From an uncultured Clostridia bacterium (lineage in GTDB: Bacteria; Bacillota; Clostridia; TANB77; CAG-508), in NCBI GenBank assembly GCA_944390975.1, contig CALXRX010000008.1:407-64406 (forward strand): a stretch of DNA of 64,000 nucleotides, written 5' to 3'. A model generated the notes under the pieces. That model made no database searches. It worked only from the letters and a program-made list of their open reading frames with translations, and was not told the DNA's origin. Below, piece by piece: positions 29,146 to 40,400 of this stretch; positions within the stretch are counted from its first letter, which is position 1; every line of letters begins with the position of its first letter. The position numbers were made by a program, and so were the translations under genes.

Positions 29146-29712
29146 ATGGTTTGGATTATATTAGCCATTATTGTATTATTAATAATATTTGTTGTAAGTG
29201 TGTACAATGGTCTAGTTACAGCAAGACAAAAAGTTAAAAATGCTTGGAGTCAAATTGATGTTCAATTACAAAGAAGATTCGATTTAATTCCTAATTTAGT
29301 AAATACTGTAAAAGGTTACATGGAACATGAACAAGATACATTAACTAAAATTGCTGAATTAAGAACTGCTTGGGCAAATGCTAATACAGTTGCACAAAAA
29401 GCTGAATTAGATAATCAATTATCTGGTGCATTAAAAACTATTATGGCTGTTTCTGAAAATTACCCAGATTTAAAAGCTAACACAAATTTTTCTGAATTAC
29501 AAGCAGAATTACAAAACACAGAAAATAAAATTTCATTTTCAAGACAATTTTACAATGATACAACAACAATGTATAATACAAAATTAGAAGTTGTTCCTTC
29601 TAATATAATAGCTTCTTTATTTGGTTTTAAACCAGAAGAACTATTTAAAGTAGATTCTGATGAAGCAAGAAAAAATGTAAAAGTTGATTTTGGAAATCAA
29701 GAAGGAAAATAA
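29146..29712 (+). CDS. lemA: LemA family protein
   Basis: 188 aa. N-terminal TM helix, then the conserved QIDVQLQRRFDLIPNLV and ENYPDLKA motifs. Confidence 0.9.
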   Translation: MVWIILAIIVLLIIFVVSVYNGLVTARQKVKNAWSQIDVQLQRRFDLIPNLVNTVKGYMEHEQDTLTKIAELRTAWANANTVAQKAELDNQLSGALKTIMAVSENYPDLKANTNFSELQAELQNTENKISFSRQFYNDTTTMYNTKLEVVPSNIIASLFGFKPEELFKVDSDEARKNVKVDFGNQEGK

Positions 29713-29775
29713 ATTACTAAAAATAGTTTGAAAAATTCAAACTTCAAAATTTAAAATTCAAAGTTTAATATTTAA

Positions 29776-29846
29776 ACTTAAGACTTAAGACTTAAGACTT
29801 AAGACTTAAAATTAAACTAAAAACTAAAAACTAAAAACTAAAAACA
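29776..29846. repeat. Two adjacent heptamer tandem repeats
   Basis: acttaag x ~5 (29776-29809), then aactaaa x ~4 (29814-29846), in the lemA/tatD intergenic region. Confidence 0.8.
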
Positions 29847-29901
29847 AAAAAGAAAAAGTTAAATAAAAACTAAACTATTTAACTTTTTCTTTTTTGTTTT
29901 A

Positions 29902-30682
29902 TTATAATTTTATTTCAAATATCTTACATGTATTTTCATAAGTTATATTTGCTATTTCTTCTAGATTTTTTTTCCTTACATCAGCAATTTTTTGTGCTAT
30001 ATACATTACATTTCTACAATCATTTCTTTTTCCTCTATTTGGCTCTGGTGATAAATATGGGCTATCTGTTTCTATTAGCATTTTATCTAATGGTACTAAG
30101 TTAATTATTTCGTCTGCATTTTTAGAATTTTTGAATGTTATAGGTCCTGCAAATGATATATAAAATCCTAATTTTAGAGCTTCTTTAACAAGTTCTCTAT
30201 TTAACGGGCAACAATGGAATACTCCCTTTTTATTTACTGTATTTTGTTTTAAAATTTCTAAAGTATCATTTACCGCTTCTCTAGTGTGTATTACAATTGG
30301 TAAATTCATTTCATTTGCTATTTTTATTTGCTCAATAAACACTGTTTTTTGAATTTCTTTATTTTCCTTATTCCAGTAATAATCCAATCCAATTTCTCCA
30401 ATTGCTACTATTTTTTCATTTTTTGCAATTTTCCTTATTTCATTTATTTCTTCACCGTATGTTTTCCACTTTTTCGTTTATATCGTTTGGTGATATTCCA
30501 CAAGTTGTATAAATTTGTGGATATTTATTTGCTATTTCTAAAGCTTTTTTTGAAGAATCTAGGCTATATCCTGCTGTTATAAAGTTCTTAACATTTGAAG
30601 ACAATATATTTTGTATTAATTCATATCTATCTTCATTAAATTTTTCATCATCTAAATGACAGTGTGAATCAAATAATTTCAT
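29902..30682 (-). CDS. tatD: TatD-family metal-dependent hydrolase, requires a +1 shift at CGG 30455-30457
   Basis: The HCHLDD part ends ...GAA AAC ATA CGG TGA. The +1 frame continues GEEINEIRKIAKNEKIVAIGEIGLDYYW, then HTREA and ETDSPYL. Confidence 0.85.
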
Positions 30683-30731
30683 TTTTATTTATCGTATAAT
30701 GAAATAATTTATTATACGAATTTCTCCTTTC

Positions 30732-31103
30732 TTAAAATACTACAACAACATTTGCTACTGCATATTCTTTACAATGTGAAACACTTATATCACATTGCTT
30801 TAATCCTTCTATTTTGATATTTATGAAATTAATTTTTGGTCTCCCGTTTTCATCATTAACTAACTCGATATCTTTCCATCCAATATCGTATTTACTGCCT
30901 AAAGCCCCTGAAATTGCTTTAAATACAGCTTCTTTTGCAGCAAATCTTGCAGCATAATGCTGATATTTTGCACCATTTTTACTTTCACAATAATTTATTT
31001 CATTTTGTGTAAATATTTTTTTAATAAATTTTTCTTCTGAGTCTTCTACTAATGCTTTTATTCTATTTATTTCTATAATATCTGTTCCACAGGTTATTTG
31101 CAT
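30732..31103 (-). CDS. acpS: Holo-ACP synthase
   Basis: MQITCGTDIIEINRI..., with RBS AGGAGA before the ATG at 31103. The ORF-track start is at 31127. Confidence 0.85.
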   Translation of the reverse strand: MQITCGTDIIEINRIKALVEDSEEKFIKKIFTQNEINYCESKNGAKYQHYAARFAAKEAVFKAISGALGSKYDIGWKDIELVNDENGRPKINFINIKIEGLKQCDISVSHCKEYAVANVVVVF

Positions 31104-31144
31104 TTTGTTATCTCCTATTATATACATATTGCTTTATTGGTTAA

Positions 31145-31262
31145 TGTTCAAACTATTATTATTTAATTTATAGTTAATTGTATATAAATATTTTGTCGTT
31201 CTTCAATATTTATATACAATTATCTATCAATTTTAAAAAAGTAAAATTGAATGAACTGTAAC
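31145..31262. mobile_element. Complete ~118-bp MITE-like palindromic element (empty form)
   Basis: Two inverted arms (gttca(a/g)..(t/a)gatag..tgtatataaatatt) meet at ttttgtcgttcttcaa. The same arms flank an extra 83 bp in the 37156-37363 copy. Confidence 0.55.
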
Positions 31263-31283
31263 CTTTATTGTTTCACATTTAGT

Positions 31284-32519
31284 CTACATCAATTTAATTA
31301 ATGTTATAAAATTAACTATATTAAGTAGCAACGATATTCCTAGTGCGACTAAAATTATTTTATTTACTTTATTATCTTTTTCTATATTTAATTCTTTATA
31401 TACTATATCATATTTGTTTTTAATATTATTATAAATCTTTTCTAACTCGCATACACGTCGTGTTTTTCTATATATGTTAGTTCCTATATCGTCATTTGTA
31501 ATTTCTTGTATCCATAGTTCTTTCGTAAATTTAATAAATTTTTCCCTTGCTTGTGCTACTAAACTTTTTTCCTTACATTCATTTTCAAGTTTTTTTAGAT
31601 ATATTTTTTGATATTGCACTAAAAGATAAGTATATAAATATTGATTTTCATATACATGTGGAAGTACTGTGTAATTATGAATATCTATACTAGAAGTAAG
31701 TAGTGCCATTCCTTCTTTTGTAAAACCTGTTTGAATGAATTTCCACTTTGATAATATTTCCATATGTTTTTTATCAAAGTTAGATTTATATGCACTTGGA
31801 AATATGTTAGAGTATTTTAAAAACTCAAATTCTATATCTTTAAAATGCTTTGTTTCATTCCAATCTATTTGGTCTATACATGTGTATGCATATGTTAAAA
31901 ATCGATTTGTATTAATGTCTAATTCTTTTGCATTTATTGCATTTCCAGTTAAATCTTTAATGATATCATTTAATTTTTTTACATCACTAAAAGTGGTTGT
32001 TTGAAGTCGTATATTTTCATATTCTTTTAGTTCTTTGAATTCTGAATAAATATCTCTAAATTTGTAATTAAAATTTAATACATCTGAAAACTCTGTACTT
32101 TCTTCTATATTTGTTTTTATTACTAAAAAGCATATTCCTGTTTTAAAACATACGAGTTCTATTTTTTGAATTTTAAAGAAAATTCCTTCTTCTTCTCCGG
32201 CTTTTCCCTGTAAATCGCTACCTAAATCATATTCAAACATTGTACATGTTTTTTTTGATAATATTGCTGTTTGCATATCTTTATTGAATTCTTCAAATTT
32301 TCTAACTTTTTCTTTATTGAATTCGAAATCCTGAAACATAAATTTTCTTATTGTTGGTAAGAAATAAGTATATATGTCTAAATCTTTTTCTTTTTCAAAA
32401 AATCTTACTTTTATGTTTTTATTGCTTAGTAATTTTAATATATATTTATCATATTTATTTTCATTTATAATATACGGATATATAAAATATGTATATTGAT
32501 ACTTTGTCTTTAGTTCCAT
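31284..32519 (-). CDS. Hypothetical protein with a C-terminal TM anchor
   Basis: 411-aa ORF. I recognise no motif. Terminal hydrophobic helix ILVALGISLLLNIVNFITLI. Confidence 0.6.
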   Translation of the reverse strand: MELKTKYQYTYFIYPYIINENKYDKYILKLLSNKNIKVRFFEKEKDLDIYTYFLPTIRKFMFQDFEFNKEKVRKFEEFNKDMQTAILSKKTCTMFEYDLGSDLQGKAGEEEGIFFKIQKIELVCFKTGICFLVIKTNIEESTEFSDVLNFNYKFRDIYSEFKELKEYENIRLQTTTFSDVKKLNDIIKDLTGNAINAKELDINTNRFLTYAYTCIDQIDWNETKHFKDIEFEFLKYSNIFPSAYKSNFDKKHMEILSKWKFIQTGFTKEGMALLTSSIDIHNYTVLPHVYENQYLYTYLLVQYQKIYLKKLENECKEKSLVAQAREKFIKFTKELWIQEITNDDIGTNIYRKTRRVCELEKIYNNIKNKYDIVYKELNIEKDNKVNKIILVALGISLLLNIVNFITLIKLM

Positions 32520-32652
32520 TTTCCATTTTTGTATGATATATTTAATAATTTAAATAAACATACTCTCCTTGTACAATATATTTAGGTTTTTAAATAAGGG
32601 TTTGCCTATAAACCTTTATAGAATTTTATATCAAATCTCGATATCAATTTTC

Positions 32653-34171
32653 TTATTTATCTGTATAATAATATGAATTAATGTCTTCTCCTAAATGCCA
32701 TTTTCCAATAAAATCTATTATAATGTTATTATCTAAGTTATATTGTGTTTCAGCTACAATTTTTCCTTCTTTATCAATTGCTCCCCATTTACCATCTTTT
32801 TTTACAGCTGCATATCCAAAATTATTTTGCTCTGTAGCATCTTCATATATATAATCTATTACTACATTTCCATCTTTATCTGTATAACCATATTTTCCAT
32901 CTTTTTTGCTTAGGAATAATGTATTTGATGATAGTACTTCACTTGGTTTCTTTTCTTCAAAATTAAAGTTATAGTATTTATATTCATCATTTATTCTTAT
33001 TCTAAAATATCCCTTTTCTTGATTTACTTCTGATATAATTCCTTCTAATTTTTGTTCAAATTTGTTGTTTAATATTTGTGATACAGCTTGATTATCTTTA
33101 TTAACTTCTATAAATCCAGCTTCTTTTCTATAGGAAATATTTGTGTATTCAAATGGCAAAATAGTTTCATTTGATGTATTTATTATTCCATATTTATCTG
33201 CTTTTTTTGCTATATAATAACCATTAAATACATATTGTAAGTCGTCATATTGTTGTTCTATTTTTATTTCTCCTGTAGATGAAATTAAACCATATTTTTT
33301 GTTTTTTATAAATACAATATCATTTTCATTAATTTCTTTTACATCATCAAACTTATTTTCTAATAGTATTTCACCTTCTGAATTTATTGCATTTAATTTT
33401 CCATTTTCTTTTACAATATATATGCTAATTGATGGAACTTGCTTTATTTCCTCATATTTTGGCTCTAATAATACTTTTTTTGTAAAATCTATTAATCCAA
33501 ATAAATCATTACTATTTTTTACAATATATCCATTTTGGTAACTATTACCCATAGCTGTTATTTCTTTATATTCTAGATTAATAATTATATTTCCTTTGTT
33601 ATCACATAAACCAACTAATTCTCCGTTTTTTATAACTAGACTATTTGTTATTCCTTGTAATGCTTCAATACTTGTATATTCCGGTGGTAAAATTTCTTTT
33701 CCGTGTGTAATCTATTAAACCATACTTGTCCCCTTTTTTTACTCTTAGAACACCTGATTCATACCACATATTATTGCCTAAGTCATAATTTTCAATTGCT
33801 TCTACTAAATCATAATTAGTGAATTTTTCTTTATTTTTTGAGTCTAATACTTTTGTTTTATATGTATTGTTAGTATAGTCTACATCATATAAACATATAA
33901 ATATATCTGTTTTACTATCAGGTATTGTAATCATTTCTGAGTAAGTTGGCTCTATTACAATTTTACCTGTTTGATCAATTACTCCCCATTTATCATTTGT
34001 ATATACTGGATAATAACTTATTACTTGTGTGTTTGTTTCATTTGTATTTTTTGTAAGTAAGGTTTTAATTGCTACTACAAACATAATAATAACAGCAATG
34101 GCAATAATTACCGCTATTACCTTTTTGATATTTAATTTGGATTCTGTGTCATATCTTTTTCCTCTGCTCAT
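32653..34171 (-). CDS. Membrane-anchored WG(KWG)-repeat protein, requires a +1 shift at CGG 33701-33703
   Basis: N-terminal TM. Repeats of the form (K/D)(W/Y)G(V/L/A)ID.(T/E)GK..I.P.Y. The break is inside one repeat: YGLIDYT-CGG-A..., restored to YGLIDYTGKEILPPEY in frame +1. Confidence 0.8.
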
Positions 34172-34248
34172 ATAATAACTCCCTCCAAAGTTTATTTTAT
34201 ATACAATATAATATCACAAAAAGATGATTTTGGCTAGTATAACCAAAA

Positions 34249-36756
34249 TCATCTTTTAATAAATTTTGCAACAATAATAGTCATGTCATCTTTTGCTACA
34301 CCATATCCATTATCTATGGCTTCTTTTGTTATAATATCAGCTATTTTTTGAACATTATCTGTTTGTATATTTTGTAAGATATCTCTTACCCATAATTCTT
34401 TATTTTGATATTCTGCATTTGATTCCATTATTCCATCTGAAACCATAACTAAAATATCATTATCTTCTATGTCTTTGTCATATACTACTAAATTTATATT
34501 TTCAAGTATTCCTGCTGGTAATGATAATGCTTTTATAATTTGCACATCTTTTCTTTCTTTTATATATGTTGGACATGCTCCATTTTTAATAAATTCTATA
34601 TTCCCAGAATACAAATCTAAAATTGCTATGTCTAATGTAGCAAATGTATCTTCTTCTGTATTTATTGATAATGTGGAATTTATTAACTCAAGTGATGTGT
34701 CTTTATCAAACCCACTAGCAAGCAACCTTTGTAACATTTTAATTGCTATTCCGCTTGCTTGTTTTGCTTTTGGCCCAGTCCCCATACCGTCACTTATTGC
34801 AAGTAAGTATTTTCCATCATCTAGTTTAATACTTAGTTTTGAATCTCCAGAAATTGGTGAGCCAGCTTTTGTTTTTTGCGAAATTCCAAGTTGTAACATA
34901 TATCTGTCTTGTGAAGCATATGTATTTACACATAAATTTGTATCTCTTTTAAATCCACATCCACTTTTTTGTATTACAATTTTTTCGCCTAATACTTTAG
35001 AAAGTATTTTTTCTATTGGCTCTATTGTGCATCCTCTTTTTTCATTAACATCACAACAAGAATCTAAATATACAGTTATTATATATCTACCTGTTTTTTC
35101 TTTCCTTATATTTATGTCTTGTATATTTATTTTTCTTTCTTTTGCAATTCTAACAATTTCTTCTTTTTCAATTATAAATTCGTGTTTATCTTCTTGTTCT
35201 ATTTTTTGCTCTATATCTTCTGCAAGTGATGAGATTACTTTTGAAACTCCATCTAGTTGCACTCTAATATTTCTTTTGTTTTCCTCCATTTTTTGCTTCC
35301 ATATGAAGTTTACTTTGCTTATTTTATATGATTCATTTATTATTTGTATTATTTCTTTTATGTCTTTTTCAAGTTCCATGCTTACTTGTGCATTATCAAA
35401 TCCAATAATGTAATTATTATGGCTTTCAAGTATTTTTAGAAGTTCTTCTCTAGTTATTTCTCCTTCTTTAATTAAGTTTTTAAATATATCTTGAATTAAG
35501 CTTGAATTTTCAGCCTCTAATAAATCATCATATAAAATATTGTTTTCTAATCCATCTAAGTTACTTAGTAATTCATTTATGAATATATTTCTATTTTTTT
35601 CTTCTTCTTTATCTTCCTCTTCTATTATTGTTGCTGCTGCTTCTTTATATGTATCTGCTATTTCTTGTATTGTTTCAGAAACATTGTTTAGCTTAAATAC
35701 TGTTTCTTTGTTTTCTTCTATTCTGCTTGCAGGACCTGTTGGCAATAATTTTGCTTTTCCTACTAAATCTTCAATATCTATGCTTATACTGTTAGGAACT
35801 AATAATAAACCTAATGAAGCTATTAATATTTCTTTTAGATATATTATTGGTTGTGTATTTCCATTTGTAACAAATGCGAATACTCCATTTCCAAGAATAA
35901 ACCCAACTATTACACCTATTTTTCCAAATCTTGAGAATATTCCTGCAATCATTCCTGATAATGCATATGAAGCAATTACTATTGGTTGTGTACCATTTAC
36001 TAAGCCCAATATTGTTCCTATTGTAATACCTGAAGTTGCACCTACTAATATACCATTTTTCCATCCTAATACTAATACAATTAATATGCTTAGGATTGTT
36101 CTTATTTCAAAATTAAATATACTTAAATCTCTAAACCCTGATGCACAAATTGCAAGTAAAATACTTGCTCCTATTACTTCTTCTATTGCAAATGCTTTTT
36201 TTATTGCAAATTCGTTAATAACAATTAATGAATTTGCAAATATTTTGTAAAATATATAAGCTGAAATTGATACCATTATACTTACTAATATATCATATAC
36301 TATTAATTCTTTAAAAAATAGACTTGATATTTGTACTAAAAATGATGCTATAAAAACATATTTTCCTAGTTTCAATTTTTCATTTTCAAATTCATTTTCA
36401 CTTTTCTTTGGCTTAAATATTAATGTCATTACTATAAAAACTAGTGATGTTAATAAATAGTTTAAAGCTTGGTTTGCTCCTAATCCTATAAAAGTTCCTA
36501 ATAATGTAAGTATGTATACTATTAGTGCTGGTATTTTATTACTTAATACTGCTGCAAAAATAGAAATTGCAAATGGTGTTATTCCATTTATTCCTTCTAT
36601 TGTTGATATCATAAAACTTATTATATATATTGCTATTTTTTGCGTTGTAAAGGCATTTTTTAAAAATATTTTTATTTTACTATCATGGTAAGCATTTTCT
36701 TCATATTCTTCATATGGAGTAGCTTGTCCTGATATGTTTTGAAACATTATTACCAC
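34249..36756 (-). CDS. spoIIE: Stage II sporulation protein E (polytopic membrane PP2C phosphatase)
   Basis: 835 aa. About 10 TM helices. C-terminal PP2C domain with GDSKLSIKLDDGKYLLAISDGMGTG. Confidence 0.9.
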   Translation of the reverse strand: MVIMFQNISGQATPYEEYEENAYHDSKIKIFLKNAFTTQKIAIYIISFMISTIEGINGITPFAISIFAAVLSNKIPALIVYILTLLGTFIGLGANQALNYLLTSLVFIVMTLIFKPKKSENEFENEKLKLGKYVFIASFLVQISSLFFKELIVYDILVSIMVSISAYIFYKIFANSLIVINEFAIKKAFAIEEVIGASILLAICASGFRDLSIFNFEIRTILSILIVLVLGWKNGILVGATSGITIGTILGLVNGTQPIVIASYALSGMIAGIFSRFGKIGVIVGFILGNGVFAFVTNGNTQPIIYLKEILIASLGLLLVPNSISIDIEDLVGKAKLLPTGPASRIEENKETVFKLNNVSETIQEIADTYKEAAATIIEEEDKEEEKNRNIFINELLSNLDGLENNILYDDLLEAENSSLIQDIFKNLIKEGEITREELLKILESHNNYIIGFDNAQVSMELEKDIKEIIQIINESYKISKVNFIWKQKMEENKRNIRVQLDGVSKVISSLAEDIEQKIEQEDKHEFIIEKEEIVRIAKERKINIQDINIRKEKTGRYIITVYLDSCCDVNEKRGCTIEPIEKILSKVLGEKIVIQKSGCGFKRDTNLCVNTYASQDRYMLQLGISQKTKAGSPISGDSKLSIKLDDGKYLLAISDGMGTGPKAKQASGIAIKMLQRLLASGFDKDTSLELINSTLSINTEEDTFATLDIAILDLYSGNIEFIKNGACPTYIKERKDVQIIKALSLPAGILENINLVVYDKDIEDNDILVMVSDGIMESNAEYQNKELWVRDILQNIQTDNVQKIADIITKEAIDNGYGVAKDDMTIIVAKFIKR

Positions 36757-36968
36757 CTCTTACTTTTTTAAATATAGGTATTATTTTAATATTAATCTTT
36801 TGAATTGTTTGTCATATTTAGTACTATATTTAAAAAAGTTTTTTATCTTTTTTGACATATATAATCTTTATATGACCTTTTCTTTTGTGGCAAATAATTT
36901 TATATGGATTATTTTATAATATTTTAGTGTTTTTTTCAATGTTTTGGTTAAATAAATTTATTTAAATT

Positions 36969-37003
36969 GTTAATGTTCAGAGACTTAAGTATTTAATTGA
37001 TAA
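36969..37003. repeat. Diverged solo arm of the MITE-like family
   Basis: gttaatgttcagagacttaagtatttaattgataa. Confidence 0.45.
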
Positions 37004-37155
37004 TCATAAAAAAAATTGCCTTGAACTTATTTCTAAATTCAAAGCGTAATTTTTAATTATTTAATTAATTGTCTTTTAATTCTTTTATATTTTTTTGTTT
37101 TTTACATGCTATGCTACATGTTATTCTCTTATCATATTATTGTGTTAGAAATTAT

Positions 37156-37363
37156 CTTACAGTTCAGTCTATTTTACTTTTTTAAAATAGATAGATGAAT
37201 GTATATAAATATTTTGAACAGTCGCCATTCCCCAATGAAACTGTATAAAATGTTTGCACATTTTAACAGTTTCTATTGGTCCCCACTTATGGCTCCTCAT
37301 CGTTCTTCAATATTTATATACATTTATCTATCTATTAAGTACTTATGGTCTGAACTTTAACGA
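37156..37363. mobile_element. MITE-like element carrying an 83-bp structured, higher-GC insert
   Basis: Arms are at 37156-37216 and 37303-37363. The insert at 37217-37302 contains the long imperfect hairpin aatgaaactgtataaaatg / cattttaacagtttctatt. Confidence 0.55.
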
Positions 37364-37457
37364 AATTATTAAAAATATTTTAAATATAATTCTATTTAGA
37401 GAAAAACTTACAAATAGGCTCACTTAGAAAAGCGAGCCTATTTATAAGTTTTTTGTT

Positions 37458-40400
37458 TTATTTTTTTCTTTTATCAACAACAAACTTCTTTATTAAGAAT
37501 ATTCCTATTGCTAATAATACTGTTGATGTAATTCCTATTACATAATAGATGTATTGTGAGCCTGTTGGTGGTGTAATAATTACTTGACCATCTGGTGGAT
37601 TATCTGGATCTACATTTCCTGCATCGTTATATGTTACATATTTGCTTGCTCCAGATGTATCATGTTCTTGTGGTTGAAGTTCTATATCTTGGTTTCCTGG
37701 AACTGCTCCATGGTCATATCTACCAACTTTATTATCTATTTCAACAATTTCTGTCATATTTGAGTAACTTAAATCATCGCTTGAACTTTCTGCTGATAGT
37801 ACTTTCTTTAATTTTAATGTAGATGTTACTTGTTCTCCTGGTTTTAAGTTTGTTTTTGATAGTGGGTTGTCCTCAGTTGCTTGTAATATTGTTGTTTGTG
37901 TACTTAGGTCTATTAATTTTAAGTTGTTTGTTCCATCTGTATTGTTTACAAAGCTTGAGTTCTTAGCATTTTGTACAGAATCTTTTGTTACTACTTTCCA
38001 TAATGGTTTGCCATCTAACATGTTATCTGCTTCTTCATAATTTAGGTTGTTTGCAACATAGTTTAATATTGTTTTTGCTCTTGTTGTTGTATCTATGTCG
38101 TTTTCACTATTATTTCTTATTGTTAGGTTGTATGTTATTTCTATTGTTGCTCCACTCATTATTTCTTCGTCCATAATAACATTTATTAATTCTTCTTTAT
38201 CGTATTTATTAATATCACCTTTGTTAATCCATTGTAGATTTGATACTCCTGTTTGTGTGTCAAATAATACTTCTCCATCAGCTGTTGTTACTTTAATATT
38301 TGCCACATCTTGGTCTATTGTTAATTCAGATTTTGGTCTTTCTACAATTCCGAAGTCTACACCAACAATATTATGTTTGTATGCATTTTGATTTGAGTTC
38401 ATATTTCCTGTGGTTGAAGTTTTTGCATACTCTACTTCAACTTCTATTTCAGGTGTGTATGCATAACGATATGTCCTTCTTTCAAGTTCATTTGCAAGTG
38501 TTCTATTTAGTTCTTGTGTTATATGTTCTGGTTGTGGATTTACGTATGCATTAAATACTTCTGCTTTATGATTTACTATTTCTGTTCCATATTCATTTTT
38601 TGAATAAGCAATTACTTGATTTTTTCTAAATTCATCATCTCTTGCATCTGATAGTTTGTCATCTACTGTATACCAGTAGTATCCATCTTGGTTATATTTA
38701 TCTATTACTGTAGAGTCTGCAATTTGTACAGTTGATTCTTCTGCATTTTTATTGTTATAGTTTTGTGTATATTTGTCTATTAAAGTAGCATCTGTTTTAT
38801 AATTTTGTGTTCCAAGCTCTACTCCTTGTTTTGTTCCATATGCTGTTGATTCATAATCTTGTCCATTATATGATGTATCATTTATTCCTTTATACCAAGT
38901 AGATGATGTGTTCATTGCTGTATCATCGTTTGAGCCGTATGTGTATCTAACTGTATAATCTCCTGGAAGGAATCCTGTAAAGCCATACCAACCATCTTTA
39001 TTTGTTGTAGTAGTTGCTCTAACTATCATTTGTCCGTTTTTTATTTCAACTAATTCAACTATTACTCCTTGTATTCTTTTATCTTGGTCATCTATTTGTC
39101 CATTTCCTTCTCTTTCTTGTCCAGTATACACTTTAGTGTCTTTTCCAGTGTTATCTTCATATACTGTACCTTCTATTGTTCTTGATTCTAATAGTTTGTA
39201 TATAAGTGCTGGTGCTCTACTTGTATCATCTTCATACATTGCTCTTATATTTGGATAATTTACTATGTTATCTTGTGTTAGTTTGTCAATGTTTGAAACA
39301 TTTAAGTTACCTGGATTTGAGTCTATATCTATTAAACCTGGTGTAACTGCATCCGTTTTTGAGTTATATGTTTTGTATCCGTTAATTTCTGCTAAGTTCA
39401 TTACTGTAAGTGTATTATTATTTAATAATTCTTTACTTAATAATGTTCCTGCATCATTTTCTGGTCCAAGTAATTGTAATACTACATAAACATATTGTTC
39501 TTCACCATTTGCTAATCTTGTTTCTGCATTTGGTCTTAAGTATATTGTGTTGTATGAGTTTTTAGTAGATTTATATTCTGAGTTTGGATACATTGATGTA
39601 TCATATTTTGTTACATCACCTGTTTTGTTACCATTTATATCTCCTACATATGCTTCTACGAATTTATAGTTTGTATCATAGTAGTCTACAAGTTCTGTAA
39701 CTGCTCCAATTGTAGAAGATTGATTTCTAATTGCTAATTTATATGTTATATAAATTTTTAATCTATCTTCATTAACTTGGTTACCATTTTGTTGTAAGTT
39801 TATATAGTTTTCATTAAGTTTATAACTTCCATTTACTTTTCCTGTTACATTTTGGTTATAGTTTGTACTTTGTCCATTTGCAATTTCTTCTGTTCTCATA
39901 TCTAAGTCGTAAGTATCTGTTTCTATATCTCTTGTTTGATTTTGGTTAGTATAATTTTGAGAATCTTTATACATTCCTCTTAGTCCATTTAGATAATCTG
40001 TTTCACTTACACCTATACTAAATCCGTTTGTTCCTGCTTTTCTTGCATCATAGTTATATGTTTGTGATTTTCCATTTATTTGTACTTCTGCTTTTAATAC
40101 GTCTTTATATAATGCCATATCAAATGTTTGTCTTGCTTTAATTCCTAAGTTTACATTTGTTTGGTTATACGTAGATGAATATATTGGTGAATAGCCTTTT
40201 CCAGCTACAACTTGTGCTGAATTATCAATAACAAATTCTGATTTTAATGAATATGTTTGTACTGTGTATGCATTAATTCTATTATCTGCTATAAATTGTA
40301 CTTTGCTTCTAATATCTGGAACTGTTGCTTGATATTTATTTATTATAGCTTGATATGCTGCTTTTTCATCTCCATTGTTTACAATAACTTGTTGTGCTAC

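Noticed and set aside
37235-37302. Small peptides encoded in the 83-bp insert of the MITE-like element (about 41-43 codons on either strand).
   Set aside because: They have no convincing RBS, the reading frames run out into the repeat arms, and the sequence is better explained by its hairpin structure.
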